Below, piece after piece: positions 1-9,235 of a stretch of DNA of 64,000 nucleotides. The position numbers were made by a program, and so were the translations under genes. Below the pieces are notes generated by a model, which did not search any database, was not told where the DNA came from, and worked only from the letters and a program-made list of their open reading frames with translations. How positions within the stretch are numbered: position 1 is the first letter of the stretch; each line of letters opens with the position of its first letter. Origin of the DNA: a virus. The DNA is taken from the IMG/VR virus record IMGVR_UViG_3300032087_005129. One strand, 5' to 3'.

Positions 1-2
1 CA

Positions 3-896
3 GGTAGAGATGAAAAGTGGAAGAAAGAAACAATTCGAAACACATCACCTGAGCAGTTTCGCACAGAGTTTGAGTGTGAGTTTATCGGTTCGACCAATAC
101 GCTTGTCAACGCATCGAAACTCAAGACTCTCGCATTCAAAACACCACTGAAGAAGACAGATGATGGTCTTTCAATCTATGAAGAACCACAAAAAGATCAC
201 ACATATGCAATGTGCATTGACACATCGAGAGGCACAGGCTCAGACTATCATGCCTTCGTTGTGATCGACACTACGCAGATGCCTTACAACGTGTGTGCAA
301 CATTTCGCAACAACGAGATGTCTCCTATGGTGTACCCAAGTGCTATCAATCGAGTCGCTACAGATTATAACGACGCATCGGTGCTTGTCGAACTCAATGA
401 CATTGGAACTCAAGTAGCAGACATTTTATATGAAGAATATGAATATGAAAACATGATGCTTACGTCACAAAGAGGTAGAGCAGGTCAGGTCATGGATGGT
501 GGTTTTGGTGCTTCTACTACGCAAAGAGGAGTGCGAACAACAACCACGGTAAAGAAAGTTGGCTGCTCAATTTTGAAAGGGTTGATCGAAGAAAACAAAC
601 TGATAATCAACGACTTCAATATCATTCAAGAACTCGTTTCTTTCGTATCAAAGAAAAACTCATTCGAAGCAGATGAGGGCCATCACGACGATTTGGTGAT
701 GAGTCTCGTGCTGTTTTCTTGGATGACAACACAAGCATATTTCAAAGAAATTTCTGACATTGATATTCGTAAGACTCTCTATGAAGAGCAAATCAAGAAA
801 ATGGAGCAAGAAATGACTCCATTTGGCATTATAGATACTGGGCTAAATAATAATACTTTTCGAGATGATGAAGGCACCACTTGGACAGTGGTGTAA
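3..896 (+). CDS. gp17: Terminase large subunit, C-terminal nuclease part (5'-truncated)
   Basis: Frame open from base 3 (GRDEKWKKETIRNTSPEQFRTEFECEFIGS), then DTSRGTGSDY and FEADEGHHDDLVM motifs; directly upstream of gp18. Confidence 0.95.
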   Translation, partial: GRDEKWKKETIRNTSPEQFRTEFECEFIGSTNTLVNASKLKTLAFKTPLKKTDDGLSIYEEPQKDHTYAMCIDTSRGTGSDYHAFVVIDTTQMPYNVCATFRNNEMSPMVYPSAINRVATDYNDASVLVELNDIGTQVADILYEEYEYENMMLTSQRGRAGQVMDGGFGASTTQRGVRTTTTVKKVGCSILKGLIEENKLIINDFNIIQELVSFVSKKNSFEADEGHHDDLVMSLVLFSWMTTQAYFKEISDIDIRKTLYEEQIKKMEQEMTPFGIIDTGLNNNTFRDDEGTTWTVV

Positions 897-950
897 ATAA
901 CATATTTCATAAATATAATCAGATATCGATCTTGATAAGGAGTTAGGCAT

Positions 951-2759
951 ATGGCTTTTCGATTAAGTCCCGGTGTATCCATCACTGAAGTAGATCTTAC
1001 AAGTGTGATTCCAGCAGTCGCTACGACTCCTGCTGGTTTTGCTGGCACGTTCAAAGAAGGTCCTATTGATGAGATTGTCACCATCACATCTGAAGATGAA
1101 CTCAAGTCTATTTTTGGTAGACCAGATAAAAGCAGCACAGTTCAAAATAGAGCATTTCACTCAGCAGCAAACTTCTTAGGTTATGGTAACAACCTTAAAG
1201 TTGTTCGTGTTGCTGATGTGACCAGAGCAAGAAATTCTTTTGCTGGCATCAACGGCTTGACAAATGCCGCGTCAGCAACAGCATCAAATTTAATTATCAA
1301 GAATGAATCTGACTATGATAGTAGAGCAGAATCTCACTTTGATAGTGTATTCACTGATGGTGGTGTAAACGTTGATGCACACTTTATTGCCAGATCAGCC
1401 GGCGCACTTGGCAACGAATTGCAGATTTCTCTTCTGACTCCCGACACATACGCAGGAAGTGGTTTGTCTGGTGAGTTTACTTCTGCACCAAAACAATCTG
1501 ACGCTGTTGCAAACTCAGGTGGCGGCACAGGTGATGATGAAATTCACATTGTTGTTAAAGACAAGAGCGGAAAGATTTCTGGTAAAGTCGGAACAGTTCT
1601 TGAAAAGTTTGGCTTCTTGTCTATTGCATCAAACGCTAAAAACTCTGACGGCACATCAATCTACTGGAAAGATGTTCTACAAAGAGACTCGAAGTTCATT
1701 CTTGGGGGATCTAACTTCCCAACTGCTGGCACCGAAGTATCTGATACTGATCTCTCTACAACTTCGACATACGGTCTAAGTTTCGGTGGTGGCTTCACAA
1801 ATGCTGATTCACTTGTTATGACTGGTGGTATCGACTCACTTACAGCAGGCAGTGGTGACTACTTCACTGAAGGATCAAGAGGATACGGCCTGTTTGCTGG
1901 TGAAGGTGACGATGTGGCAATCGTTATTGCTGGTCAACCTGGTGGAGCGTCTGGTGAATGTGCGACAGTTATTCAAAATCTTGTTGATCAAGCAGATAAA
2001 GATAAAGACTTCATGGTCTTCTTCTCGCCGTTTGTCGATGATGTTGTCGGCCCAACTTCTGGTGCTGCGAAAGATAACGTCATCGCATTTAAAAATCTAG
2101 TAAACAAAAATAGTTCTTATGCTGCTATGGATAGTGGCTATAAGAAGATGTTTGACAAGTTCAACGATCAGTTTGTGAACGTTCCTCTGAACGCAGACAT
2201 CGCTGGTTGCGTAGCAAGATCAGAAGATGTTGCTGATGCTTGGTTCTCTCCTGCAGGATTCAGTAGAGGTCAAGTTAGAGGCGCTGTGAGTTTGCCGTTC
2301 AACCCAAGCGAATCTCTTCGTGATGAGTTGTATCGAAATGGCATCAACCCTGTTGTGTCTTTCCCAGGCGAAGGAACAGTTCTCTTCGGTGACAAGACAT
2401 TGCTTACAAGACCAAGTGCATTCGACAGAATCAATGTTCGTCGATTGTTTATTGTTCTTGAAAAAGCAATCTCAACAGCAGCGAAGTTTAGCCTGTTCGA
2501 ATTCAACGACTCGTTCACACGTTCACAGTTTAGAAATCTCGTTGAGCCATTCTTGCGTGATGTGAAAGGTCGCAGAGGCATCACAGACTTTAAAGTTGTT
2601 TGTGACGATTCAAACAACCCTGCTTCTGTGATTGATAGAAATGAGTTTGTTGCAGATATCTTTGTCAAACCAAACAGATCAATCAACTTCATTACACTCA
2701 GTTTCATCGCTACTGGAACTGGCGTGGCATTCGAAGAAGTTCAAGACGCATTCGCCTAA
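951..2759 (+). CDS. gp18: Tail sheath protein
   Basis: MAFRLSPGVSITEVDLT start; WFSPAG and FDRINVRRLF sheath motifs. Confidence 0.97.
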   Translation: MAFRLSPGVSITEVDLTSVIPAVATTPAGFAGTFKEGPIDEIVTITSEDELKSIFGRPDKSSTVQNRAFHSAANFLGYGNNLKVVRVADVTRARNSFAGINGLTNAASATASNLIIKNESDYDSRAESHFDSVFTDGGVNVDAHFIARSAGALGNELQISLLTPDTYAGSGLSGEFTSAPKQSDAVANSGGGTGDDEIHIVVKDKSGKISGKVGTVLEKFGFLSIASNAKNSDGTSIYWKDVLQRDSKFILGGSNFPTAGTEVSDTDLSTTSTYGLSFGGGFTNADSLVMTGGIDSLTAGSGDYFTEGSRGYGLFAGEGDDVAIVIAGQPGGASGECATVIQNLVDQADKDKDFMVFFSPFVDDVVGPTSGAAKDNVIAFKNLVNKNSSYAAMDSGYKKMFDKFNDQFVNVPLNADIAGCVARSEDVADAWFSPAGFSRGQVRGAVSLPFNPSESLRDELYRNGINPVVSFPGEGTVLFGDKTLLTRPSAFDRINVRRLFIVLEKAISTAAKFSLFEFNDSFTRSQFRNLVEPFLRDVKGRRGITDFKVVCDDSNNPASVIDRNEFVADIFVKPNRSINFITLSFIATGTGVAFEEVQDAFA

Positions 2760-2770
2760 GGAGAAAATAA

Positions 2771-3382
2771 ATGACGCTTAGAATTGACGATTTTAAAGGA
2801 CAGTTGCCAGGCGGTGGTGCAAGACCAAACTTATTCCGTGTCGAGGGTACATTCCCAAGTCCGGTTTCTGGTTTGCTTGCTGAAATCGGCGGTGCTGCTG
2901 CTGGTGCTCAAGGTCGAGCAATTGGCGGTTCAGTTGGTAACACACTCGGTGGTGGCGGTCCATCAAACTTAGTTCGTTTTCTTTGCAAAGGTGCTTCGAT
3001 TCCTGGTATGACTGTTGAGCCAGTTGAAGTGCCTTTCCGTGGTCGTGTTCTCAAAGTTCCTGGTGATCGAACCTTTGAACCATGGGAACTTACGATCATT
3101 AATGATACTGACTTCTCGCTTCGTGATGCTTTTGAAAAGTGGAATCACTTGATCAATAGCATGGAAGGTAACATCGGTTCTGTTTCTCTACAAGAGATTC
3201 AACAAAACTGGAGAGTCACACAACTCGGTAAGAACAATGAAGAATTAAAAACTTATGAGATTGTTGGTTGCTGGCCATCAACAGTGAGTCCTATTGAGTT
3301 GAGTTATGAGTCTACAGGTGCTATTGAAGAATTCACAGTAACCTTAGAATATCAATACTTTAAGACAAATACAACTGACTAA
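2771..3382 (+). CDS. gp19: Tail tube protein
   Basis: GGARPNLF, FRGRVLKVPGDRTFEPW, IEEFTVTLEYQY; follows the sheath gene. Confidence 0.95.
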   Translation: MTLRIDDFKGQLPGGGARPNLFRVEGTFPSPVSGLLAEIGGAAAGAQGRAIGGSVGNTLGGGGPSNLVRFLCKGASIPGMTVEPVEVPFRGRVLKVPGDRTFEPWELTIINDTDFSLRDAFEKWNHLINSMEGNIGSVSLQEIQQNWRVTQLGKNNEELKTYEIVGCWPSTVSPIELSYESTGAIEEFTVTLEYQYFKTNTTD

Positions 3383-3387
3383 ACCTC

Positions 3388-3395
3388 TATAAATA
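3388..3395 (+). promoter_or_regulatory. T4-type late promoter TATAAATA upstream of portal
   Basis: Exact gp55 consensus; a CATAAATA variant lies at 908-915 before gp18. Confidence 0.8.
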
Positions 3396-3418
3396 GTTTT
3401 GTTGTAATGGAGTAACCA

Positions 3419-4930
3419 ATGGCAGTAAAACTATTCGGATTCACTTTTGGTAAAGATGAAGAAAACACAAAACCAAAAAGTGTAATCGCACCAGAAAATG
3501 AAGATGGCGCCTTAACCGTAAGTTCTTCTTACGGTTTTGGGTCTTATGGCTATTATCTTGATCTAGATGGCTATACACAGAACAAATCTGATGTACAACT
3601 TATCAATGAGTATCGAAAGATGTCAATCTATCCTGAGATTGAGCAAGCAATCACAGATATCGTGAATGAAGCAATTGTTCACGATGATCGAAAAATGCCC
3701 GTTGAGATCGTTGTTGATGACATTGAGTATAGCGATAAAGTTAAAAAAGCAATCGCCGAAGAGTTTGTCAATGTTTGCAAATTACTTCGTCTAAAAACAC
3801 GAGCCCATGAAATCTTTCGTCGTTGGTACATTGATGGTCGCCTGTACTTTCATACATTAATTGACGAAGAAAATCAAAAAGATGGTATTCAAGAAATTCG
3901 TTTTATCGATCCTGTTAAAATCAAAAAGGTTCGTGAAATGGATAAAGAAAGAGATCAAGAATCTGGTGTTGAGTTGCAGTCTGTTCGTGAAGAATTCTAT
4001 CTTTACAATCCAGAAGGATTTCATACCTCGTTCAATCAAGATGAGCAAGGTATCAAGATTTCAAAAGACACAATTGTTTATTGCCCATCTGGTTTGCCAG
4101 ATCCTTCAGGCAAGAGAATGCTTTCTTATCTACACAAAGCAATCAAGCCTCTCAATCAATTGAAGATGACAGAAGATGCGATTGTTATCTATCGTATCTC
4201 AAGAGCACCAGAAAGAAGAATCTTTTATATCGATGTCGGTAACTTGCCAAAGGCTCGTGCTGAACAGTATCTTGAAGACATTCAAAAGAAATACAAGAAC
4301 AAACTGACATATGATGTCAACACAGGCGAAGTTAGAGATCAAAGCCATCATCAGTCGATCATGGAAGACTTCTGGTTGCCAAGACGAGAAGGTGGTCGAG
4401 GCACAGAAATTACAACACTTGATGGTGGGCAGAATCTCGGTGAGTTAGAAGATGTCGAATACTTCTTAAAGAAACTTTACAAGTCACTAAATGTGCCACC
4501 GAGTCGTCTTGAAAGTGAGTCACAATTTAACCTTGGAAGAAGCACAGAAATTACTCGTGATGAGTTAAAGTTTACGAAGTTTATTCAACAACTTCGCTCG
4601 AAGTTTTCTGAGTTCTTCTACGATCTTCTCGAAACACAACTTCGACTCAAGGGTATTGTTTCTGCCGAAGACTTTGAAGCCATGAAAGAAGACATCAACT
4701 TTGTATATCTTCGTGATTCGTACTTCTCGGAACTCAAAGAAGCAGAGGTGCAAAGAGAGCGACTTGAATTGCTTCAATCTATCACAGAGTATGCTGGCAA
4801 GTATTACTCACATGATCACATTCGTCGAGTCATTCTACGTCAAGATGACCGCATGATTACGAAAATGGACGAAGAAATCAAATCAGAAAAAGAGAATCCC
4901 CAATATCAGGAAGAAGATGGTGGTTTCTAA
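3419..4930 (+). CDS. gp20: Portal vertex protein
   Basis: RRWYIDGR, YRISRAPERRIFYIDVGNLPK, EDFWLPRREGGRGTEITTL. Confidence 0.97.
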   Translation: MAVKLFGFTFGKDEENTKPKSVIAPENEDGALTVSSSYGFGSYGYYLDLDGYTQNKSDVQLINEYRKMSIYPEIEQAITDIVNEAIVHDDRKMPVEIVVDDIEYSDKVKKAIAEEFVNVCKLLRLKTRAHEIFRRWYIDGRLYFHTLIDEENQKDGIQEIRFIDPVKIKKVREMDKERDQESGVELQSVREEFYLYNPEGFHTSFNQDEQGIKISKDTIVYCPSGLPDPSGKRMLSYLHKAIKPLNQLKMTEDAIVIYRISRAPERRIFYIDVGNLPKARAEQYLEDIQKKYKNKLTYDVNTGEVRDQSHHQSIMEDFWLPRREGGRGTEITTLDGGQNLGELEDVEYFLKKLYKSLNVPPSRLESESQFNLGRSTEITRDELKFTKFIQQLRSKFSEFFYDLLETQLRLKGIVSAEDFEAMKEDINFVYLRDSYFSELKEAEVQRERLELLQSITEYAGKYYSHDHIRRVILRQDDRMITKMDEEIKSEKENPQYQEEDGGF

Positions 4931-4933
4931 ACT

Positions 4934-4941
4934 TATAAATA
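4934..4941 (+). promoter_or_regulatory. Late promoter TATAAATA
   Basis: Exact consensus 20 nt upstream of the ATG at 4961. Confidence 0.8.
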
Positions 4942-4960
4942 GTTTCATTGGAGAAAAACT

Positions 4961-5731
4961 ATGAGCCTGAACCTAAAAAAAGCAATCGCAGAAGCAGTTG
5001 AAGAAAACACATTCAACTTCAAAAACGCAATCGAGAACGAGTTGAACACTCGACTAAACGAAGCGATCAACACATGTCGTTTTCACATTCTAGAAACCCA
5101 CGATGTTCAAAGAACACTTGATCCTTTGGCTGAAAAAGTCGAAGAAAAGGTGACAGACTCTTTGACAGAGGAAATTGTTTCTAAAGTTGTCAATGAAGAG
5201 TTGTCAGAAGAAACAGACTACGAAAAGTTTTTTAAGAGTGCTTTGAAGAAGTTTGGCGTTTCAAATCCTGGCGAGTTAGAGTCAGAAGAAAAGAAAAAAG
5301 AATTCTTCAATTATGTTGACAAGAACTTCAAAGGTAAGAACGAGGGTGTAAAAAAAAAGGTAAGTGAGTCTTACGATTCTCCGACTGACTCAGAAAAAAA
5401 ACTTAAAAAACTTCTCAAGGGAACTGACGTTGAAAAAGTTTTCAAGAAGTTAAGACAAATGAGTGTTAGTCCTAGTGGCCTAGGTTATTATCCTACAAAA
5501 GCAAAGTTAGACCCAAAACAGGTCACTCTTGATAGACCAGCAAACTTAATGGGTCAAGGAGGCCTAGCAGGTTCTGTTGTAACCATCGAAAAATTACTCA
5601 AACAATATAATGGTGATATCAATCAAGTTGCTAAGTACATCAAGAAAAACAAAAACACGATTGAAAAGGCCATCTTTAAAATAGAACATGAAAGTGACGT
5701 TCTATCAAGACTTATTAAAAAATATTCCTAA
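4961..5731 (+). CDS. Prohead core-like modular protein (gp67 position)
   Basis: Lies between gp20 and gp21; acidic N-terminus and several [LV]-x-E sites (VVNE-ELSE, KNE-GVKKKVSE) separating basic modules. Confidence 0.55.
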   Translation: MSLNLKKAIAEAVEENTFNFKNAIENELNTRLNEAINTCRFHILETHDVQRTLDPLAEKVEEKVTDSLTEEIVSKVVNEELSEETDYEKFFKSALKKFGVSNPGELESEEKKKEFFNYVDKNFKGKNEGVKKKVSESYDSPTDSEKKLKKLLKGTDVEKVFKKLRQMSVSPSGLGYYPTKAKLDPKQVTLDRPANLMGQGGLAGSVVTIEKLLKQYNGDINQVAKYIKKNKNTIEKAIFKIEHESDVLSRLIKKYS

Positions 5732-5735
5732 TAAC

Positions 5736-6164
5736 ATGACATACAGGTTCAAATTTAATGATAGAGATAGTTCACAGCGATTTATGGTTGCTGTGAACGA
5801 AGCAAAAATTGGTGTGGCATCAAGAACAGGAAGCCACATCGTTGTGAAACTAAAGAACAACGAAAATAGAAACATTCTTGAGTCGTTAGCAAAAGACACA
5901 AGAGGAAAACTAGACGAGATGTTTGTGACAAAAAATATTTTACCTTTGCTAAGTGAGATTCGAACGAATCATCAAACAGAATCAATCACTTTGAGAAGCG
6001 GCGAAAATATTTCAGTCACTCCTAAAATGGCATCTTACATCTTAAACACACATGATTCTCTTAATGAATCAAATCAAAAACATCTTCGTGATATTACATC
6101 AAAAGACAAAAATAACTTTCTTCGAGTTTTAGACTTCTCAGTTAAGTTAGAAAGAGGATCATAA
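5736..6164 (+). CDS. Head-module hypothetical protein, two domains joined at KLDE
   Basis: ATG at 5736 follows the previous stop; N-domain resembles a module of the 894-aa ORF. Confidence 0.6.
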   Translation: MTYRFKFNDRDSSQRFMVAVNEAKIGVASRTGSHIVVKLKNNENRNILESLAKDTRGKLDEMFVTKNILPLLSEIRTNHQTESITLRSGENISVTPKMASYILNTHDSLNESNQKHLRDITSKDKNNFLRVLDFSVKLERGS

Positions 6165-6592
6165 TGGCAACTTCAAAACAGTACGACAATCTTCAAACCA
6201 GAAACAAATACTCCACATTTGTTGGTTTGAGTGGTCACAACGCTGATATCGTAATTCAAGTAAAAGAAAATTTTAAAAGAGCAGACGTTGGTATTCCCAA
6301 CGGCAGCGGCACAGAGATTAGTGATTTTGCGATCACAGCAGGTGGTCTTACATCCTTCATTAAACTGTCTCGCTTTAATGTTTCGGCTGACAATGTTGAT
6401 ATTGTTTGGGGCGGAACAGAAGATCAAATTATTACTGCAACCGGCACAGGTCAAAACTCTGTCTATGGTAACAATGGTGAACCACCAATTGGTGGTGGAG
6501 ATGACTTGCCTGCAGGCTTTACAGGATGTTGCAGAATTAGAACAAATACATCCGAAGGGTTTGTTTTCTTAGAATTCATCGCAGGAAACTAA
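6164..6592 (+). CDS. Hypothetical virion-module protein (beta/Gly-rich)
   Basis: Translationally coupled ORF inside the head operon. Confidence 0.6.
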   Translation: MATSKQYDNLQTRNKYSTFVGLSGHNADIVIQVKENFKRADVGIPNGSGTEISDFAITAGGLTSFIKLSRFNVSADNVDIVWGGTEDQIITATGTGQNSVYGNNGEPPIGGGDDLPAGFTGCCRIRTNTSEGFVFLEFIAGN

Positions 6593-6593
6593 A

Positions 6594-7004
6594 ATGATAC
6601 GAGAGTCTTATTCATCATTTGATTCGCTGATTCAGGCAGCCCTTGGTGTCATGGGGCAAAATACTGAAGATCATTATGGTAAAGATAAGAAAAAAGATCC
6701 TCAGGCGATGAACTATGATGTTGATACTGATCATCAAATTATAATGATGAGTGAAGATGCAGACCTCGAAGAGATTACAGCAAAGAGAAGATTTGTTGTT
6801 CGTGGTGGTAAAAAAATACGAAAGAAAATCTGCGGTCCAGGCTTTCGTTTAGTTGGTGGCAAGTGTAAAAAGCAAACTGCGAGAGAAAAACTTGCAAGAA
6901 AACTTGCAGCAAAGAAAGCAGCGAGAAGAAGAAAAGGTAAAAACCCTGCCATCGCACGAAGAAGAAAACGATCATTGAGAAAGAGAAGGTCATTCGGGTT
7001 ATGA
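6594..7004 (+). CDS. gp68: Prohead core protein, gp68-like
   Basis: Very Arg/Lys-rich C-terminus (RKLAAKKAARRRK...RKRSLRKRRSFGL) after acidic LEE; position before gp21. Confidence 0.6.
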   Translation: MIRESYSSFDSLIQAALGVMGQNTEDHYGKDKKKDPQAMNYDVDTDHQIIMMSEDADLEEITAKRRFVVRGGKKIRKKICGPGFRLVGGKCKKQTAREKLARKLAAKKAARRRKGKNPAIARRRKRSLRKRRSFGL

Positions 7005-8536
7005 AACGTTACGACTTATACAGATTAGTGTCTGAACAATTAGGTGGTGGAGGAAACCCTCCTGGCGGCGAAGGTGGTGAAGGTGGTGGATCTCGACCAC
7101 CAAAATCACAATTGAACATTGATCCCAAGTTAGTTACACACAGAAGATTTATCGGTAAACCAACAAGACCTGAAATTGGTACAGATGAACGAAGACCTGT
7201 TAATCCTCGTGATGTGTTTGGTGAACTTTTAAAAAGGTCTGAACAGGCTCAAGCATTTTTAAATTTATTCGAGCAATGGTTGGATGGTGATGACAGCATC
7301 AGCGAAGAAGAAATCAGAGAACGTTTTGCGGCCCTAATGACAGGTAATGCTAATGCATCATTCCTTCAAACTATTTTTGATGGGTTGATAGCAACGAGAG
7401 GAATGGAACCAAATGATGAGGGTGTTGTACTTTTACCAAGCGGTCAAACTTTTAACCTAGTTGCAGCAACAATTCTTCTTGGTCTTGCTATACCATTATC
7501 TAGTAATCGTAACGCATTCTCAAATTTTATGAGTGCTGTTTGTTTTGAACTTGGTTTTGAAGCAGGATTTACATGGATAATAAACGAACTTGCAAATGTT
7601 CCACCAGACGAAGCACCCGATCTAATTACAAATTACATTGATGACACAATGGGTTATCTTGAAAATCATCCTGAACTTCAAGAATATTTTGTTGGAATGT
7701 TATCGGAAGCGTATGATTATCTTCAAGAGAATGGCACACTCGAAGGTTATGAACCATCTCAATTGTCAGGTGATATGTTAAGCAACTTGTTCCTTGCCTT
7801 AACACTACAGAATGCTGCCACCATTGATTCGTTTGTTGTTCAGGCGGCTTATTTCTTCAACTATCGTGGAGCACAAGGAGTCGCACCAAACACTTGGAAT
7901 CTGAGAATACACAGAGGAACTTCAGCATCTATACGAAGTCTTTTTGCAGGAGCCAATACTCCAGGTTTTATGGCGTGGCTTAAAAATCTTAAAAGTCTTG
8001 GATGGAGCGGTTCTGGTGGAATGGTAGGCTTCAGAGCCTTCATGGCTTCAATGAGTGGTTTTTTAGTTACTCAAATTTTAGCAATGGTAGCCTTTGAAGC
8101 AGGATTTACGTTCGGTGAAACCCTTAAAGGTGGGATTGCAAGTCTTTTTAACAGTAATCCAGCCATAGTACAGGCTCTTATTGATGCAGGTATTCTAGTT
8201 TCAGATGGTGATCCAAGAACTGACACTGACATTACATGGTCGTGGGATCAAGATATCTTTACCACTATTATTTGGGCTAATTCAAGTGCATTGGTAATTG
8301 CTTCGAATCCTGAACTTTTGAGTGATCCAGATGCACTCGAAGAGGCAATCAGAGAAGCGTATATGGATAACCTACAGATTTGGATTGACATACTCAATAC
8401 TGTATACGGCGCTGGTAGTTGGCTTTGGAATCTAATTATGGGTGAAGATTCTGATATAGATCCTGTGCCTGGTGGTTACATCGGACCAATTGAACGACCA
8501 ACATATGATCCAACGCAACCAACAAGACAACCATAA
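7001..8536 (+). CDS. Hypothetical 511-aa helical protein with hydrophobic segments, candidate head cargo
   Basis: Leader ending LVSE, Gly/Pro-rich linker, hydrophobic helices; inserted between gp68-like and gp21. Confidence 0.6.
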   Translation: MKRYDLYRLVSEQLGGGGNPPGGEGGEGGGSRPPKSQLNIDPKLVTHRRFIGKPTRPEIGTDERRPVNPRDVFGELLKRSEQAQAFLNLFEQWLDGDDSISEEEIRERFAALMTGNANASFLQTIFDGLIATRGMEPNDEGVVLLPSGQTFNLVAATILLGLAIPLSSNRNAFSNFMSAVCFELGFEAGFTWIINELANVPPDEAPDLITNYIDDTMGYLENHPELQEYFVGMLSEAYDYLQENGTLEGYEPSQLSGDMLSNLFLALTLQNAATIDSFVVQAAYFFNYRGAQGVAPNTWNLRIHRGTSASIRSLFAGANTPGFMAWLKNLKSLGWSGSGGMVGFRAFMASMSGFLVTQILAMVAFEAGFTFGETLKGGIASLFNSNPAIVQALIDAGILVSDGDPRTDTDITWSWDQDIFTTIIWANSSALVIASNPELLSDPDALEEAIREAYMDNLQIWIDILNTVYGAGSWLWNLIMGEDSDIDPVPGGYIGPIERPTYDPTQPTRQP

Positions 8537-8550
8537 TCAAGGAAAAAACA

Positions 8551-9195
8551 ATGAAACTGATTACAGAAGTTAATGAATCAATCAAAGTCCTTGAAGAACA
8601 GTTCAACGGTGAAAAAAGATATTTCATCGAGGGTATCTTTCTTCAAGCAGAAAAGAAAAACAGAAACGGAAGAGTCTACCCAAAAGAGACTCTGAGGAAA
8701 GAAGTTAAAAAATACAACAAAGAATTCGTAGAGCAGAATCGTGCGTTTGGCGAACTCGGTCACCCCGATGGCCCAACAGTTAATCTTGAGCGTGTCTCTC
8801 ACATGATTACTGAACTCTACGAAGACGGTGACAACTTTATTGGCAAAGCAAAGATTATGACAACGCCTTATGGCAAGATTGTGGGTAATCTGCTTGCTGA
8901 TGGCGCCAAACTCGGTGTCTCTTCAAGAGGCATGGGATCACTCGAAGAAAAAGGTGGCGCAAACATTGTTCAAGATGACTTTACTCTTGCTACAGCAGCA
9001 GATATTGTTGCTGATCCATCCGCACCTGATGCTTTTGTTAATGGCATTATGGAAGGAAAAGAGTGGGTCTGGGATAATGGTGTTCTTCAAGAGGTGCAAA
9101 TTGATAAATACCATAGATCGATCAAAAAGGCTTCGTCTAGAGACTTGTCCGAAGCAAAAGTTAGAGCGTTCAAAGACTTTATTTCACGGCTCTAA
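8551..9195 (+). CDS. gp21: Prohead protease
   Basis: MKLITE, NRNGRVYP, GELGHP, GVSSRGMGSL, DIVADPSAPDAFV. Confidence 0.97.
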   Translation: MKLITEVNESIKVLEEQFNGEKRYFIEGIFLQAEKKNRNGRVYPKETLRKEVKKYNKEFVEQNRAFGELGHPDGPTVNLERVSHMITELYEDGDNFIGKAKIMTTPYGKIVGNLLADGAKLGVSSRGMGSLEEKGGANIVQDDFTLATAADIVADPSAPDAFVNGIMEGKEWVWDNGVLQEVQIDKYHRSIKKASSRDLSEAKVRAFKDFISRL

Positions 9196-9200
9196 AAACC

Positions 9201-9208
9201 AATAAATA
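9201..9208 (+). promoter_or_regulatory. Late promoter variant AATAAATA before gp22
   Basis: One mismatch to consensus, intergenic. Confidence 0.55.
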
Positions 9209-9235
9209 AGTTTATAAACCACAGGAGTTATTCGA

